A program made the position numbers and the translations under genes. 32,000 nt of DNA from assembly GCA_048938105.1 (NCBI GenBank), contig JBHLMN010000005.1:207036-239035 (forward strand), written 5' to 3'. This DNA comes from Promethearchaeota archaeon. Its GTDB lineage: Archaea; Asgardarchaeota; Heimdallarchaeia; Hodarchaeales; Hodarchaeaceae. The stretch's first letter is position 1. Every line of letters begins with the position of its first letter. Below, piece by piece: positions 1 through 9,788 of the stretch. Under the pieces are notes generated by a model, which searched no databases, was not told the DNA's origin, and saw only the letters and a list, made by a program, of their open reading frames with translations.

Positions 1-216
1 TTCTAATTTTTGATAAAAATAATAGTGTTCCTTAATCGAATGAAGTGATGGAAGTTTTAATTCCTCTTGCATTTTTTTGAGAGAATTCCATGTTGAATTT
101 AGAACTTCTTCTGATTCTTTGCCTTTTAAGCTTAACAACCGTCGTAGTTCTTCTTTCAGTTTTTTTTCTTCAAGTAATTGGATTTTGTCTATTGAAGAAC
201 TAGTTTTATTGTTCAT
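1..216 (-). CDS. Partial hypothetical protein (N-terminal 72 aa, runs off window start)
   Basis: Open minus-strand frame starting MNNKTSSSIDKIQLLEEKKLKEELRRLLSLKGKESEEVLNSTWNSLKKMQEELKLPSLHSIKEHYYFYQKLE; charged, helical composition; not in supplied track. Confidence 0.5.
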   Translation of the reverse strand, partial: MNNKTSSSIDKIQLLEEKKLKEELRRLLSLKGKESEEVLNSTWNSLKKMQEELKLPSLHSIKEHYYFYQKLE

Positions 217-536
217 GAATTCTCATCTACTAAAGAGCTAATGTCTTTCATTGAGATAATCGAAAGAAGAAAAACCTAGAGGTTGCTGAAAAGAAACAGT
301 AGATCAACCGAATACATCATCCTTGAGATGAAAGCATTTTTGATGAGGTAATAGAGTGGATATAACTGTTAGCAGTTAAGACTTATTATTCATATTAGAA
401 TGGATTACAATATCACTAATATTATATAAATCTTTTATTTATGGATACAAAAATCCATCCGACTTAATAAGCTAAAAATTTGATCGAAAGTTTAGATTTC
501 GAGTTCTGAAGCTAATAAATCCAATCGAATCCGTTT

Positions 537-1091
537 TCATCTAATATCTTTTGTTTGAAGATGGTCTTCATTTTCAATCTTTTTTAGCCATTCTCCTCTC
601 CAAAAAAAGAAACAAGATCGATCACAAGGACCATAAGACTCTGTCCCTTGGCAGATGAGTCCTTCTAAGATAAAAATGCCTTTACTTCTCTTTACACTTA
701 AGTCACGTTCATCGACAAATCTCAATACTGGTTTCATTACTCGCTGGATAGTTCCACAGTACTCTTCCATTTCATGCATAAACGCGCAACCCCTGAGTGC
801 TCCCCAACGGTCAAGGGTAGCTCTGATTTCTTCTTTAGATCTCACACGAACCAAATCTCCAGTTTTTAAGCTTTCTATTGTAAGATTTGAAGATGGGATT
901 GCTGGATTATTACTTCTCCTGAAAAATCTTGATGGTAGATTTATCACTTTCTTAATTCTCTGTTTCATACTGTGACTCAAGTGTTTTCTAAGAAACAGTC
1001 TTAGACGGATGCGAATAGGCCGATGAATCTTAATCTTCCCCTCAGACATTATGTTAATACAATGAAGTTGGCAATTATGAATTTTATTCAT
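537..1091 (-). CDS. Conserved hypothetical Cys-rich protein (GDLVRVRSKEEI...WGALRGCAFMHEMEEYCG...CQGTESYGPCDRSCFFFWRGEWL)
   Basis: 184-aa ORF; Cys/Trp/Phe pattern resembles small proteins often seen in polysaccharide loci; true start probably an internal Met (e.g. MKQRIKKV). Confidence 0.65.
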   Translation of the reverse strand: MNKIHNCQLHCINIMSEGKIKIHRPIRIRLRLFLRKHLSHSMKQRIKKVINLPSRFFRRSNNPAIPSSNLTIESLKTGDLVRVRSKEEIRATLDRWGALRGCAFMHEMEEYCGTIQRVMKPVLRFVDERDLSVKRSKGIFILEGLICQGTESYGPCDRSCFFFWRGEWLKKIENEDHLQTKDIR

Positions 1092-1304
1092 GTAATAGCT
1101 CTCCTATTCTTCAAAACCGATATTATATTTAGATTTTTTACAAATGAGTACTATAAAACTCTTAATGTCATAGAATACGTTTTCCTATTATATTTATTTT
1201 CACTTCGAAGAGATTTTCGAGGGATAAATGAAACAATATTCAGAGGAGAAATTCTACATAATTGAGAATCAAATATATCTAAATGTCCAGATGGCATAAT
1301 AGAG

Positions 1305-2822
1305 TTACTTTAACAAAAATTTGGAGTCATCATCAGATAATATTCCTTTTTTTTTAAATGTGATCAATAAAATGCTAAGGAAGAAAAAAATATGTGAGAT
1401 ATCAGAGAATGGACTAGTATGATTAGATGTTGTTGTAGACATCTTTGAAGTGGTGTTATTACTTACTCCAGTTTTTGTTTCGGTAGATTGGCAGGATGGT
1501 AAACTATCAATATTTTTTTGTACTCCTTCAATAATGGTGATGTCAATGCTAGTGGAAGGTCCCGAGCCTCTCTCTTCAGGGGCAATTGGTGTATTTTCAG
1601 AGATGTAACTAGTGATTAGATACGCCTCATCAATTAATGAACCTGAAAATGACTCAGTTATTGTACTTGTTTCCAAATAATGTACGTTTTGATTGACATA
1701 CCAACCATGAGAATCATGTACAGCAAGGGAAATCCCAATCACATCCTGTGGGACCTTATTAATGATGACTGTAAAGTTATTCGGTGGAGCTTCTAGTTTG
1801 TGAATATAAAACGCATAATGATTGACAGAGATGGTTTTATTAGCTAGTGGTAGTTTATCCACTACTTCATAATTAGTGATTCGGGCATCAAATCCTTCAA
1901 ATCCAAACAGATTATTCTGAAAACCTAATTCATCTAGAGTAAGAGTAGTAATCCAGTTCATAAAAAGCTCATTAAATGTTATATCATAACCTGCTGCATG
2001 TAGAACTGTTTCAATTCCATGAGGGCCATCATCAGGTTCGGTTATCAGGTCTCGAAGAATATCTACCCCATATTTTTCAGCAATATAGAAAGCAAAAAGA
2101 TATGCACTTCCATAATCTTGGTCATCAGTCCAATATAATGGTGAATTTTCAGGATGAGGTAAATAAAAAGCAACTTGGGGAACGAGATTATTATATGGAC
2201 CTAAATACCCTGCATGATAAGTTGCATATTGAGCTAGTGCTTCCAAGGTAAATGGTGGTTCACCCCAATCATTATTAAACCAAATAAGATGATGAAATTC
2301 ATGAGCCATTGTTGCATATAACCAATCATGATGATAAAGTCTGTAACAAATGTAAATCATTTCACAAAGATTAGAAACATTATGTTCTATGTCATTAACT
2401 TCAGAATAGTAATTGTAATTGTCAAGAAATAAGATGTAGATTCTCGGATCACCATCGATATCTCCCATCGTCCCATTGGGATGGCCAGCCAGGTCAATTA
2501 TACGGGGATATATTACATTGTCAAATTCATAGCAAATTTCTTCCACCTTTGCCATGATAGAATTCTCTCCCAGTTTTGGTATACACTCTTCTTCCATATA
2601 AATGTAACACCAGTCACCAATTGCAAGTAACCTAGAGTTTACTTCCCAATATTCTTTTTTGATATAATTATATGTCCAAAATACTCGTTCTTCTTCAGGT
2701 TCCTTACTCATTGTTGAATTATTAAGAGTAATTGCTAAATTGACCTTATTAGTAACGATGGGGAGGGAGATAATAGTGGAGATCATACATAAAACGATAA
2801 TATGTGATTTAGTCATATACAT
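1305..2822 (-). CDS. Secreted zinc metalloprotease-like protein (HExxH, gluzincin-like)
   Basis: N-terminal signal-like hydrophobic segment; MAHEFHHLIWF...EALAQY gives HEFHH plus a downstream Glu; Ser/Thr-rich linker and C-terminal TM segment (ISHIFFFLSILLITF). Confidence 0.75.
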   Translation of the reverse strand: MYMTKSHIIVLCMISTIISLPIVTNKVNLAITLNNSTMSKEPEEERVFWTYNYIKKEYWEVNSRLLAIGDWCYIYMEEECIPKLGENSIMAKVEEICYEFDNVIYPRIIDLAGHPNGTMGDIDGDPRIYILFLDNYNYYSEVNDIEHNVSNLCEMIYICYRLYHHDWLYATMAHEFHHLIWFNNDWGEPPFTLEALAQYATYHAGYLGPYNNLVPQVAFYLPHPENSPLYWTDDQDYGSAYLFAFYIAEKYGVDILRDLITEPDDGPHGIETVLHAAGYDITFNELFMNWITTLTLDELGFQNNLFGFEGFDARITNYEVVDKLPLANKTISVNHYAFYIHKLEAPPNNFTVIINKVPQDVIGISLAVHDSHGWYVNQNVHYLETSTITESFSGSLIDEAYLITSYISENTPIAPEERGSGPSTSIDITIIEGVQKNIDSLPSCQSTETKTGVSNNTTSKMSTTTSNHTSPFSDISHIFFFLSILLITFKKKGILSDDDSKFLLK

Positions 2823-3197
2823 GATATTTCACATAATCCATGAGACACAAATTGAATAAAAAAACATTAATAACATCTAATAGAAAAACTGTAGACTTTT
2901 TTAATCCTATAGATTGGTGCAAAATGTTTAATCACTATTCAGAAGGAAAAAAGTGTTCTAATTTAGAGAACAGGCTGTTTCATTCTATAGGACACATTTC
3001 TAGGCTTATTGTGATTTATCCTCTAGTAGATAGATAATAAGTATTTTTACAAAAATAATTTTCACATGCACCAAATATGGAAAATGAATCGCATAAGGTT
3101 AAATAAACGTGAAGTTGGCTACTTTAAATCTAAAAATATACTCCTAATTTTGTGTCGAAATATGTGGGAATACATTGAATCTTTGGAAGCTATTACG

Positions 3198-3506
3198 TTA
3201 TAATGGTAAATAGTGACGTATAGAAGCCACCAATAATTCAAAATCATCGAATTCAGCACTTCTGAAAGGCTTTAACAATAGTTTTTCCTTATATAGTTGT
3301 TCAAATTGTCTTTCTAGATATTGAGAGATAGCTTGAGTAATAAAATTCTTCTCTGTGACAATTAATACACAGGATACTTCGCGTCCTCTTGCTGTTATTA
3401 TGTTTTTATCACCGAAAGATATCTGGTTTCGTTTATGATACCAATTATCTGTAGTAATATTTCTTGATATAGAACAGACACATCCAGTATGTCGAAAAAG
3501 GCCAGA
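3198..3506 (-). pseudogene. Start-less ~102-codon open frame, probably the C-terminal part of a decayed gene
   Basis: Minus frame ...NITTDNWYHKRNQISFGDKNIITARGREVSCVLIVTEKNFITQAISQYLERQFEQLYKEKLLLKPFRSAEFDDFELLVASIRHYLPL*; upstream bounded by TAA with no ATG/GTG start nearby; protein-like composition. Confidence 0.45.
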
Positions 3507-3598
3507 TTACTCGCTAGAATTCAGAACAGAATCTTTCTCGGTGGTATTCTCTTTTTTCACCTCTCTTCTCATAAACTTCAGAATCATACTTTACTCTC

Positions 3599-4465
3599 TC
3601 ATATAACCAGTAGAATAGCCCCAAATACCATGAATACCATACCAGGTATTCGTTCTTTGATCTCCTCCTTTAAAATTAACTTGGCTAGGAAGGCGGTTAC
3701 AAAAACTGATAATAATGATGCAGGTTCAGCAACTGTTACTTCTAATCCTACTATAGCAATTAATAGCATTACATATGCCCATCCATTTGATAGACCAGCT
3801 AGAATAATTGTTTTGAGGTTATTTCTAAAAGCAAGAATGCCATCATAATACCTTCTGGTAAAGATTGCTATTACAAAGAACATTAATCCAGCAAAGAAAA
3901 GGATTGAGAAAGCATAAACTCTTGAATCTATCGTTCTAATGGCATAAGTATCCACTGTTCTTCCAAGAGCTAAAAAGAATGAACCACTTATCATCAATAA
4001 CGATGCCCTTGATGTTTTTATCTTTTGGATTTTTTCGGTAATTTTTCCAGGATATAAGCAGAAAACTCCAATGAACATCGTGATCCCCCCTAATACTCGA
4101 AATACTCCTACATTCTCTCCTAGAAGAAATAAACCTAACACTAATAACCATAATAGTGATGAATTATAGAGAGGAGCAATTAACGAAGCGTCCTCCTCTG
4201 ACAAGGCTTTCACATAGGCAAAAAAACCAAAGGTGTAAATGATAGAACTGATAAATGCGAACTTTAAATCCTCTAATCCTGTAAGAAGTACTTCTATAGG
4301 GATGAACACAAAAATTGGTAATAAGAATAATGCTCCTGTTAAAAAGAAGATAGCACTGATTATTAACGAATCATATTCTTCAAGTTGTTTTAGAAAAATT
4401 CTTTCAGCACCTAACAAAAAGATCCGAAGTGATAGGGCAATAAATGAAATTATTACAATATCCAA
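3599..4465 (-). CDS. EamA/DMT-superfamily membrane transporter
   Basis: About 10 hydrophobic segments; YVKALSEEDASLIAPLYNSSLLWLLVLGLFLLGENV...GVLRVLGGITMFIGVFCLYPG and EVTVAEPASLLSVFVTAFLAKLILKEEI are typical EamA repeats. Confidence 0.85.
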   Translation of the reverse strand: MDIVIISFIALSLRIFLLGAERIFLKQLEEYDSLIISAIFFLTGALFLLPIFVFIPIEVLLTGLEDLKFAFISSIIYTFGFFAYVKALSEEDASLIAPLYNSSLLWLLVLGLFLLGENVGVFRVLGGITMFIGVFCLYPGKITEKIQKIKTSRASLLMISGSFFLALGRTVDTYAIRTIDSRVYAFSILFFAGLMFFVIAIFTRRYYDGILAFRNNLKTIILAGLSNGWAYVMLLIAIVGLEVTVAEPASLLSVFVTAFLAKLILKEEIKERIPGMVFMVFGAILLVI

Positions 4466-4534
4466 ATCAAAATCTTCCTAAAAATCATCAATAAGTCACT
4501 AAAAGTTGACATATTAGGATTAGGAAAAAAAAAT

Positions 4535-4551
4535 CGGTTGCATAAGCAACT
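4535..4551. promoter_or_regulatory. Palindrome GTTGC-ATAA-GCAAC next to an A/T run, upstream of the transporter gene
   Basis: cggttgcataagcaact, about 70 nt upstream of the 4465 start codon (minus strand); near-identical partner at 5521-5536. Confidence 0.45.
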
Positions 4552-4716
4552 ATGTTAAAAAGCAGTAATAAATGTCAACCAAAGCTTCTTAAAGGGGAAT
4601 AATTTCTGATTAAGTTATAAAAAATTGTCCATTTGAAAATTACTTACTATATGGCCATGCCTGTGATAAAATAATGATGTTACGTGGCTAAATCGGCAAT
4701 CAAAGATGCTAGGAAT

Positions 4717-5406
4717 TCAATTCTCGGCTGAACTTTTCTTTAATAAAAGATATGGCATTAAGGATGTGAATAACTTGTTTTCTGCTTTTCGTAAAGTCTT
4801 TTCAACAGCATATCTAGAAACCTTAAATTCGTCCGCAAGATCTTGAGTTCTAATTCTCCGTGGAATTTCATAATAACCTTTTTCAAAAGCTCCAATAAGA
4901 ATCAATAGTTGATGTACAGTCAAATCGCTGGTTAATTCTGCTATAGAAATCATTTGGGAGGGAAATATTCCTTCAGATTCTAATTCCTTTATGGAAATAA
5001 TCTTTGTTTTGGGATATGTTTGCAATACTTGTACCACTGAGGATAAAATGGAGTTATCTAAGCATACGATTTGATAATGGCTCCATCCTCCCGAATATCT
5101 TATTGGATAAATCGATATACCTCCCTGTTGTTGAATCTGTGAATTAATTGTTTTATCACAAAGACATTTCATACTAATATACGAAATTGTTGTCGGATTA
5201 CTATCAATCGTCGTAATTTTCCAATCATGAGTATTTGGATAAAGATTGTTGGCTATTTCCATATTTTTTTCGTTAATCTCACCTGGAATCATTAGTATAT
5301 CGAATTTTGAATTGCAGTATCCATAAATCTCTTTCATTAAGAAGGATTTTGAAAAATTAAGATGAGGAGAATCGTGTTGAATTTTAATCCGGAGTTCTAT
5401 TACCAT
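4717..5406 (-). CDS. HTH-10 (bacterio-opsin activator-type) transcriptional regulator
   Basis: C-terminal LTVHQLLILIGAFEKGYYEIPRRIRTQDLADEFKVSRYAVEKTLRKAENKLFTSLMPYL matches the archaeal HTH-10 signature. Confidence 0.88.
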   Translation of the reverse strand: MVIELRIKIQHDSPHLNFSKSFLMKEIYGYCNSKFDILMIPGEINEKNMEIANNLYPNTHDWKITTIDSNPTTISYISMKCLCDKTINSQIQQQGGISIYPIRYSGGWSHYQIVCLDNSILSSVVQVLQTYPKTKIISIKELESEGIFPSQMISIAELTSDLTVHQLLILIGAFEKGYYEIPRRIRTQDLADEFKVSRYAVEKTLRKAENKLFTSLMPYLLLKKSSAEN

Positions 5407-5520
5407 AAATCAATCCCTATCTAGAAATTAATTTTCGATTCAAAAATCATGTCAAAGCGGCAAATCTACTAATTCTAATTCCTTAATCAATAATTATTTT
5501 TCAAGACTTGAAAAAAAAGC

Positions 5521-5536
5521 GGTTGCTTATGCAACC
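5521..5536. promoter_or_regulatory. Perfect palindrome GGTTGC-TTAT-GCAACC next to an A/T run, upstream of the regulator gene
   Basis: ...gaaaaaaaagcGGTTGCTTATGCAACCataa, about 115 nt upstream of the 5406 start codon (minus strand). Confidence 0.5.
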
Positions 5537-5914
5537 ATAATATAAGATTACTTAAAAGATTACATTCAAAAAAAGGTGAAACGTTAATTCATTCTGAGGT
5601 GCTGCTGGTTTTTTTAAGGTGAACATAATAAGAATTTGAGCTCTCTCTCCTCTCTTTAAGACTGGTTAGATATGAAAAAGGTATAAAAGTGGATTACTGA
5701 TAATGAAACAGTAAAACAGGACACATATACTATGAACCTTCGCTTTATTAACAAAGATAGGACGGACAGAATGAGAGAAATCTTCAGAATGAATTCTATA
5801 ATAGGTAATTCCAGAATCAAACTCTAGCAAATAACACACAAAATTATCATCACTTTCTCTTTTCTCTTACTTCTACGGAAATTTTTATAATGTCACGGAA
5901 TTCTTGGATTATTT

Positions 5915-7345
5915 ATGTTAAAATTGTCCATTTTAACCCAACAAGAACAAGATTCAATTCATACCGCTGCGTTAAAGGTATTAAAAACCGTTGGTTGTGA
6001 GATTCAAGACAAGAAATGGCTGAGTCTTTTAGCGAAAAATGGAGTAAAAGTCGATTATACAACTTCGAGGGTTTTTATAACTGATGAAGACATTGTTAAC
6101 TCCTCACTTGAATCTTGTGGTCACTCGATTAAATATGCAGCTAGAGATCCCCAAAAAGATTGGATTATAGGCCAAGGAGTGGCTAAAACCCATACACCAG
6201 AAGGTATAACTCATGTCATAGAATTGGAATCAAGATGTCACCGAGAAGCCCAATTATCTGATCTAGCAGATATTACAAAAATTTGTGACTTTCTTTCCAA
6301 TGTCGATGGTATAATTGATCCTGTTGTTCCTTATGATGTTCCTCCTGCTATACAAAGTGTCATAATAACAAAGACACTGATAGAAAATACAACAAAACCA
6401 ATTGATCCAGCAGGGATCGCTTTGAAGAAAGGATTTCCTTTTGTTATGCAGATGCTTACTACTCTCCTTGGAGATCGAGATATATCAGAATACAGCTTAG
6501 GTGTTGGTGTTACCGCTACAAGTCCATTATTATTTCCATTTGACCAATTAGATACCTATTGGCAAGGAATTGAGCTAGGATCATCCTGTGATGTAGGTTC
6601 GATGCCACAGGCAGGATCGACTGCTCCTGCCTCTCTAGCAGGAACATTAACGTTGTTTGTCGCTGAAATATTAATGGGACTCATTATGGGACAGATAAAA
6701 AAGCCTGGATTATCTCAATTTGTATTTGTACGACCGTGCCTTTCGAATCCACGTTTTGGGATATTTAATTCAGGTCCGCCCGAGGTTGGATTGCTCCAGG
6801 CGGCAGCCACTCAATTCTGTAAGGAAAAATACGGCCTTCTTGTTAATGCAGGTTGGGGTGTAAGTGATTCCCATTGTATTAGTCCCCAAGTAGCCTATGA
6901 AAAATGCTATATTTGGATGATGTCATTAGCTGCTGGTGCAGATATGATTTCGGGTGTTGGAGGCCTCGGTAGTGGGTTAATATCTTCTCCTGCACAAGTT
7001 GTTATTGATGATGAGATTATTGCTCACCTTAGACGAGGTGTTCAAGGAATTACCGTGGATGATTTCCATTTAGGCGTAGAGATGATTGAAGACACTGGTA
7101 TCGGGAACACATTTCTTTTTCATCCAAAAACAAGCCAGATTATTAGGGAAGAATGGCTATTATCTGAACTACCAAGTCGGAATTCTTTTAGTACTTGGCA
7201 AAATGCAGGTGCTCTAGATCTAATTAGTAGAGCAGAAAAGAAGGCAAAAGAAATTCTTGCGAATCATGAGGTAGAAGCATTGGATCCCAGTCTAGAAGAA
7301 GATCTTAACTGTATCCTTAAAGAAGCCAAAAGAACGTTACTATAG
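5915..7345 (+). CDS. MttB-superfamily (trimethylamine/betaine corrinoid methyltransferase-like) protein, no internal amber codon
   Basis: 476 aa; GWGVSDSHCISPQVAYEKCYIWMMSLAAGADMISGVGGLGSGLISSPAQVVIDDEIIAHLRR and VSHGIKYAARDP-like N-terminal region are characteristic; frame is uninterrupted. Confidence 0.88.
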   Translation: MLKLSILTQQEQDSIHTAALKVLKTVGCEIQDKKWLSLLAKNGVKVDYTTSRVFITDEDIVNSSLESCGHSIKYAARDPQKDWIIGQGVAKTHTPEGITHVIELESRCHREAQLSDLADITKICDFLSNVDGIIDPVVPYDVPPAIQSVIITKTLIENTTKPIDPAGIALKKGFPFVMQMLTTLLGDRDISEYSLGVGVTATSPLLFPFDQLDTYWQGIELGSSCDVGSMPQAGSTAPASLAGTLTLFVAEILMGLIMGQIKKPGLSQFVFVRPCLSNPRFGIFNSGPPEVGLLQAAATQFCKEKYGLLVNAGWGVSDSHCISPQVAYEKCYIWMMSLAAGADMISGVGGLGSGLISSPAQVVIDDEIIAHLRRGVQGITVDDFHLGVEMIEDTGIGNTFLFHPKTSQIIREEWLLSELPSRNSFSTWQNAGALDLISRAEKKAKEILANHEVEALDPSLEEDLNCILKEAKRTLL

Positions 7346-7743
7346 GAAAAGATACTGGACTCTAGAAATAAATTTTAAACCTTACATTAAGAAAATACTT
7401 GAAAAACCTAACTTTTCCTTAATCATTACTCTTTTAATAAAAAAACCATTTCTTAAACATGATTTGATTGGATGGACTACATAAACCAACTCTAGATGAA
7501 CACCACTTAATTCATCAAAAAGTGTCTGAATTCTTCTTATCATGATTAATTGACTTGAATCTTTAAGTATGCAAAAATTAATACTGTTGAAATTTTAGTA
7601 CTAAATTGAAATCAAGAATAGGAACATCAGGAATTATAAAACTCTATCTATCCTAGAATTATAGTTGATGTACTTATCTTCTAGCGAATACCATATGGTT
7701 AGCCTTATAAAGGAAGAAAGATTACATTGTAACTGAAAATATA

Positions 7744-7872
7744 ATGATTAAAAATTCGAATAAACCTCAGAATGAAGGAGATATCACAGATATTATAGAA
7801 GTACTAGAATTTCTAAATTATGACGGTACAATAAGCTTTCATGATATAGATTCCACTGTAGCAGTTCATTAA
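7744..7872 (+). CDS. Possible small ORF or gene remnant (42 aa)
   Basis: MIKNSNKPQNEGDITDIIEVLEFLNYDGTISFHDIDSTVAVH*; acidic, protein-like, but in a decayed-looking region. Confidence 0.25.
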   Translation: MIKNSNKPQNEGDITDIIEVLEFLNYDGTISFHDIDSTVAVH

Positions 7873-8156
7873 CATACAATATCATTTTTATAGTTAGGAA
7901 GGAGCATTTTTGCAGTTATTATCCCTACTGATTATGATTTTCAAATATAAATCTCTGGAAAATCCAATCTAGGCTTTCATAGCAGCTATACTCAATGTCA
8001 GAAAAAGCTGGATTATATTGTAATGGTAAATGGTGATACCAAAAGTATTAGGTAAATCTTCTTAAAATTACTCCAGAGGAAATTTAAGAAGCTCTTTGGA
8101 TTGGTTGTTCTCCTGATGTGAGAATTATCACATCATAAAGAGTTTAAATGCTGGAA

Positions 8157-9575
8157 TTAACCAGGGGGGATTAAAATTCTGACCTTTGATCCTTCATTCT
8201 TTGTAGCATCAATAAAAATATTCCCACCATGTTGATCAACAATACCTTTAGTTATTGTTAATCCTAAACCAAGGCCCCCTGCGCTATAACTTGTTACTCT
8301 AGAAATGAATGGGCTATAAACTTTGGAAATAATTTCAGAAGGTATTCCCTCTCCATGATCCTGAACAGTAATGTTTAATCCTTTTGTTTGCCATTTTATG
8401 ATTAGAACTACTGGCATGTCCCCAGGACTATGTTTACAAGCATTCTCTAAGAGATTAAAAATAGCTTGGGAAAGGCGATCGAAATCAAAAACTAGTGGAA
8501 AAGTGGATTTTAAGCTTGGATCAATACAAATATCTGGAACAATACGTGAAGAGTAGTTCCAAGTCTTTAGATCATCCAATAATGCAGTCTTAAATTCTTT
8601 AAAGGTCACTGGTCGCTTATTTACACTAAAGATTCCTTTTTCAATCTCAGAAAGAGTATATACATCAGTAATCAGTTTTTCCAAACGATGTACATTTCTG
8701 GTAAGAGTATTAAGTATCTTTTTTCCATAATCATCATTTTCTTTAGCTTTGTTTAATAAATAAGTACACCCTCTAATTACTGTTAGAGGGGTTCGGAGCT
8801 CGTGCGTCGTTACTTCAATAAAGCGATTTCGGAGTTTCTCTAGCAACATCTTCTCTGTTATATCGGAAAATACGGCAAGAACTCCCCAATGATTTCCGTG
8901 TGGGGTCTTCAATGATCCTAATGAGAGTATTACTTCCTTTAGAGTCGAATCTGCACAACGTACCCTGATATGGTGAGCAAATGACCCCATGTCTACATTT
9001 TCACTGATTTGAGTTTTTATGTCTTCTAAATCATCAGAGTAAATGAGGTCCAAAATATTATTTACTTTAATTTCATTTTTAAGTTCATAACCTAGCATTT
9101 TAGCAAGAAATTGATTTAGATAAAGAATATTTCCATTAGATTCTGCTATTATTACACCAGAGTTAATTGATTTTAAAAATTCACGATTTTGATTAGTAAC
9201 ATTTTCTAATACACTATGTAATTCAACAAATTCGCTAATATCTTGAATTATTCCATAGATATACTTATTTTCGAAAATACCAACTGTGAATTGAACAGGT
9301 ATAGTTTTACCATGATGAGATACCTCTAGCCTTATTGACTTTGGTTTGCTTTCATCTGAAATGGTCGAAGCGAGTAATTCTCCTTCCTGAACAAATATAC
9401 TGCCTATTTTTCTGCCACGAATCTCATCAAAATCAGACACTTGGTGGAGTTCATTAAATATATCATTAGCCCAAACTAATACTCTTGTGTCCAAATCCTG
9501 AACATAAATCGCATCTTTAGATTCTTTAAGTATTCTCTTGAAAATCTTATATTCTGTTAGAGATACTTGATTCAC
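8157..9575 (-). CDS. Soluble PAS-domain sensor histidine kinase
   Basis: Two PAS-like regions, HisKA box FIEVTTHELRTPLTVIRG, N box NLLENACKH, G boxes VQDHGEGIP and GGLGLGLTI; no TM segments. Confidence 0.93.
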   Translation of the reverse strand: MNQVSLTEYKIFKRILKESKDAIYVQDLDTRVLVWANDIFNELHQVSDFDEIRGRKIGSIFVQEGELLASTISDESKPKSIRLEVSHHGKTIPVQFTVGIFENKYIYGIIQDISEFVELHSVLENVTNQNREFLKSINSGVIIAESNGNILYLNQFLAKMLGYELKNEIKVNNILDLIYSDDLEDIKTQISENVDMGSFAHHIRVRCADSTLKEVILSLGSLKTPHGNHWGVLAVFSDITEKMLLEKLRNRFIEVTTHELRTPLTVIRGCTYLLNKAKENDDYGKKILNTLTRNVHRLEKLITDVYTLSEIEKGIFSVNKRPVTFKEFKTALLDDLKTWNYSSRIVPDICIDPSLKSTFPLVFDFDRLSQAIFNLLENACKHSPGDMPVVLIIKWQTKGLNITVQDHGEGIPSEIISKVYSPFISRVTSYSAGGLGLGLTITKGIVDQHGGNIFIDATKNEGSKVRILIPPG

Positions 9576-9788
9576 AATAGGCTCATCCTAACATTAACAG
9601 CTTGAAGTGAGTTTGCACTAATCATAAGAATCAGTAAATTTATAATTTAACTTCTTTTTTGACAAAATAATTCGTCAATAAAGACTAATACAACTAATAA
9701 TATAAAAAAATATTATTTTATAATTGGAGATCCAACGATCATTTATACCGTTAATTTAAGATCTAAAATAATGGGTGTTTGTTAATTC

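Noticed and set aside
655-975. 106-aa plus-strand ORF
   Set aside because: Antisense to the conserved Cys-rich protein gene; composition typical of an antisense artefact.
3489-3848. 119-aa plus-strand ORF
   Set aside because: Largely antisense to the transporter gene, no recognisable motif.
5915-7345. Pyrrolysine-containing MttB with amber readthrough
   Set aside because: The reading frame has full family length with no internal TAG; the only TAG is at the natural C-terminus.
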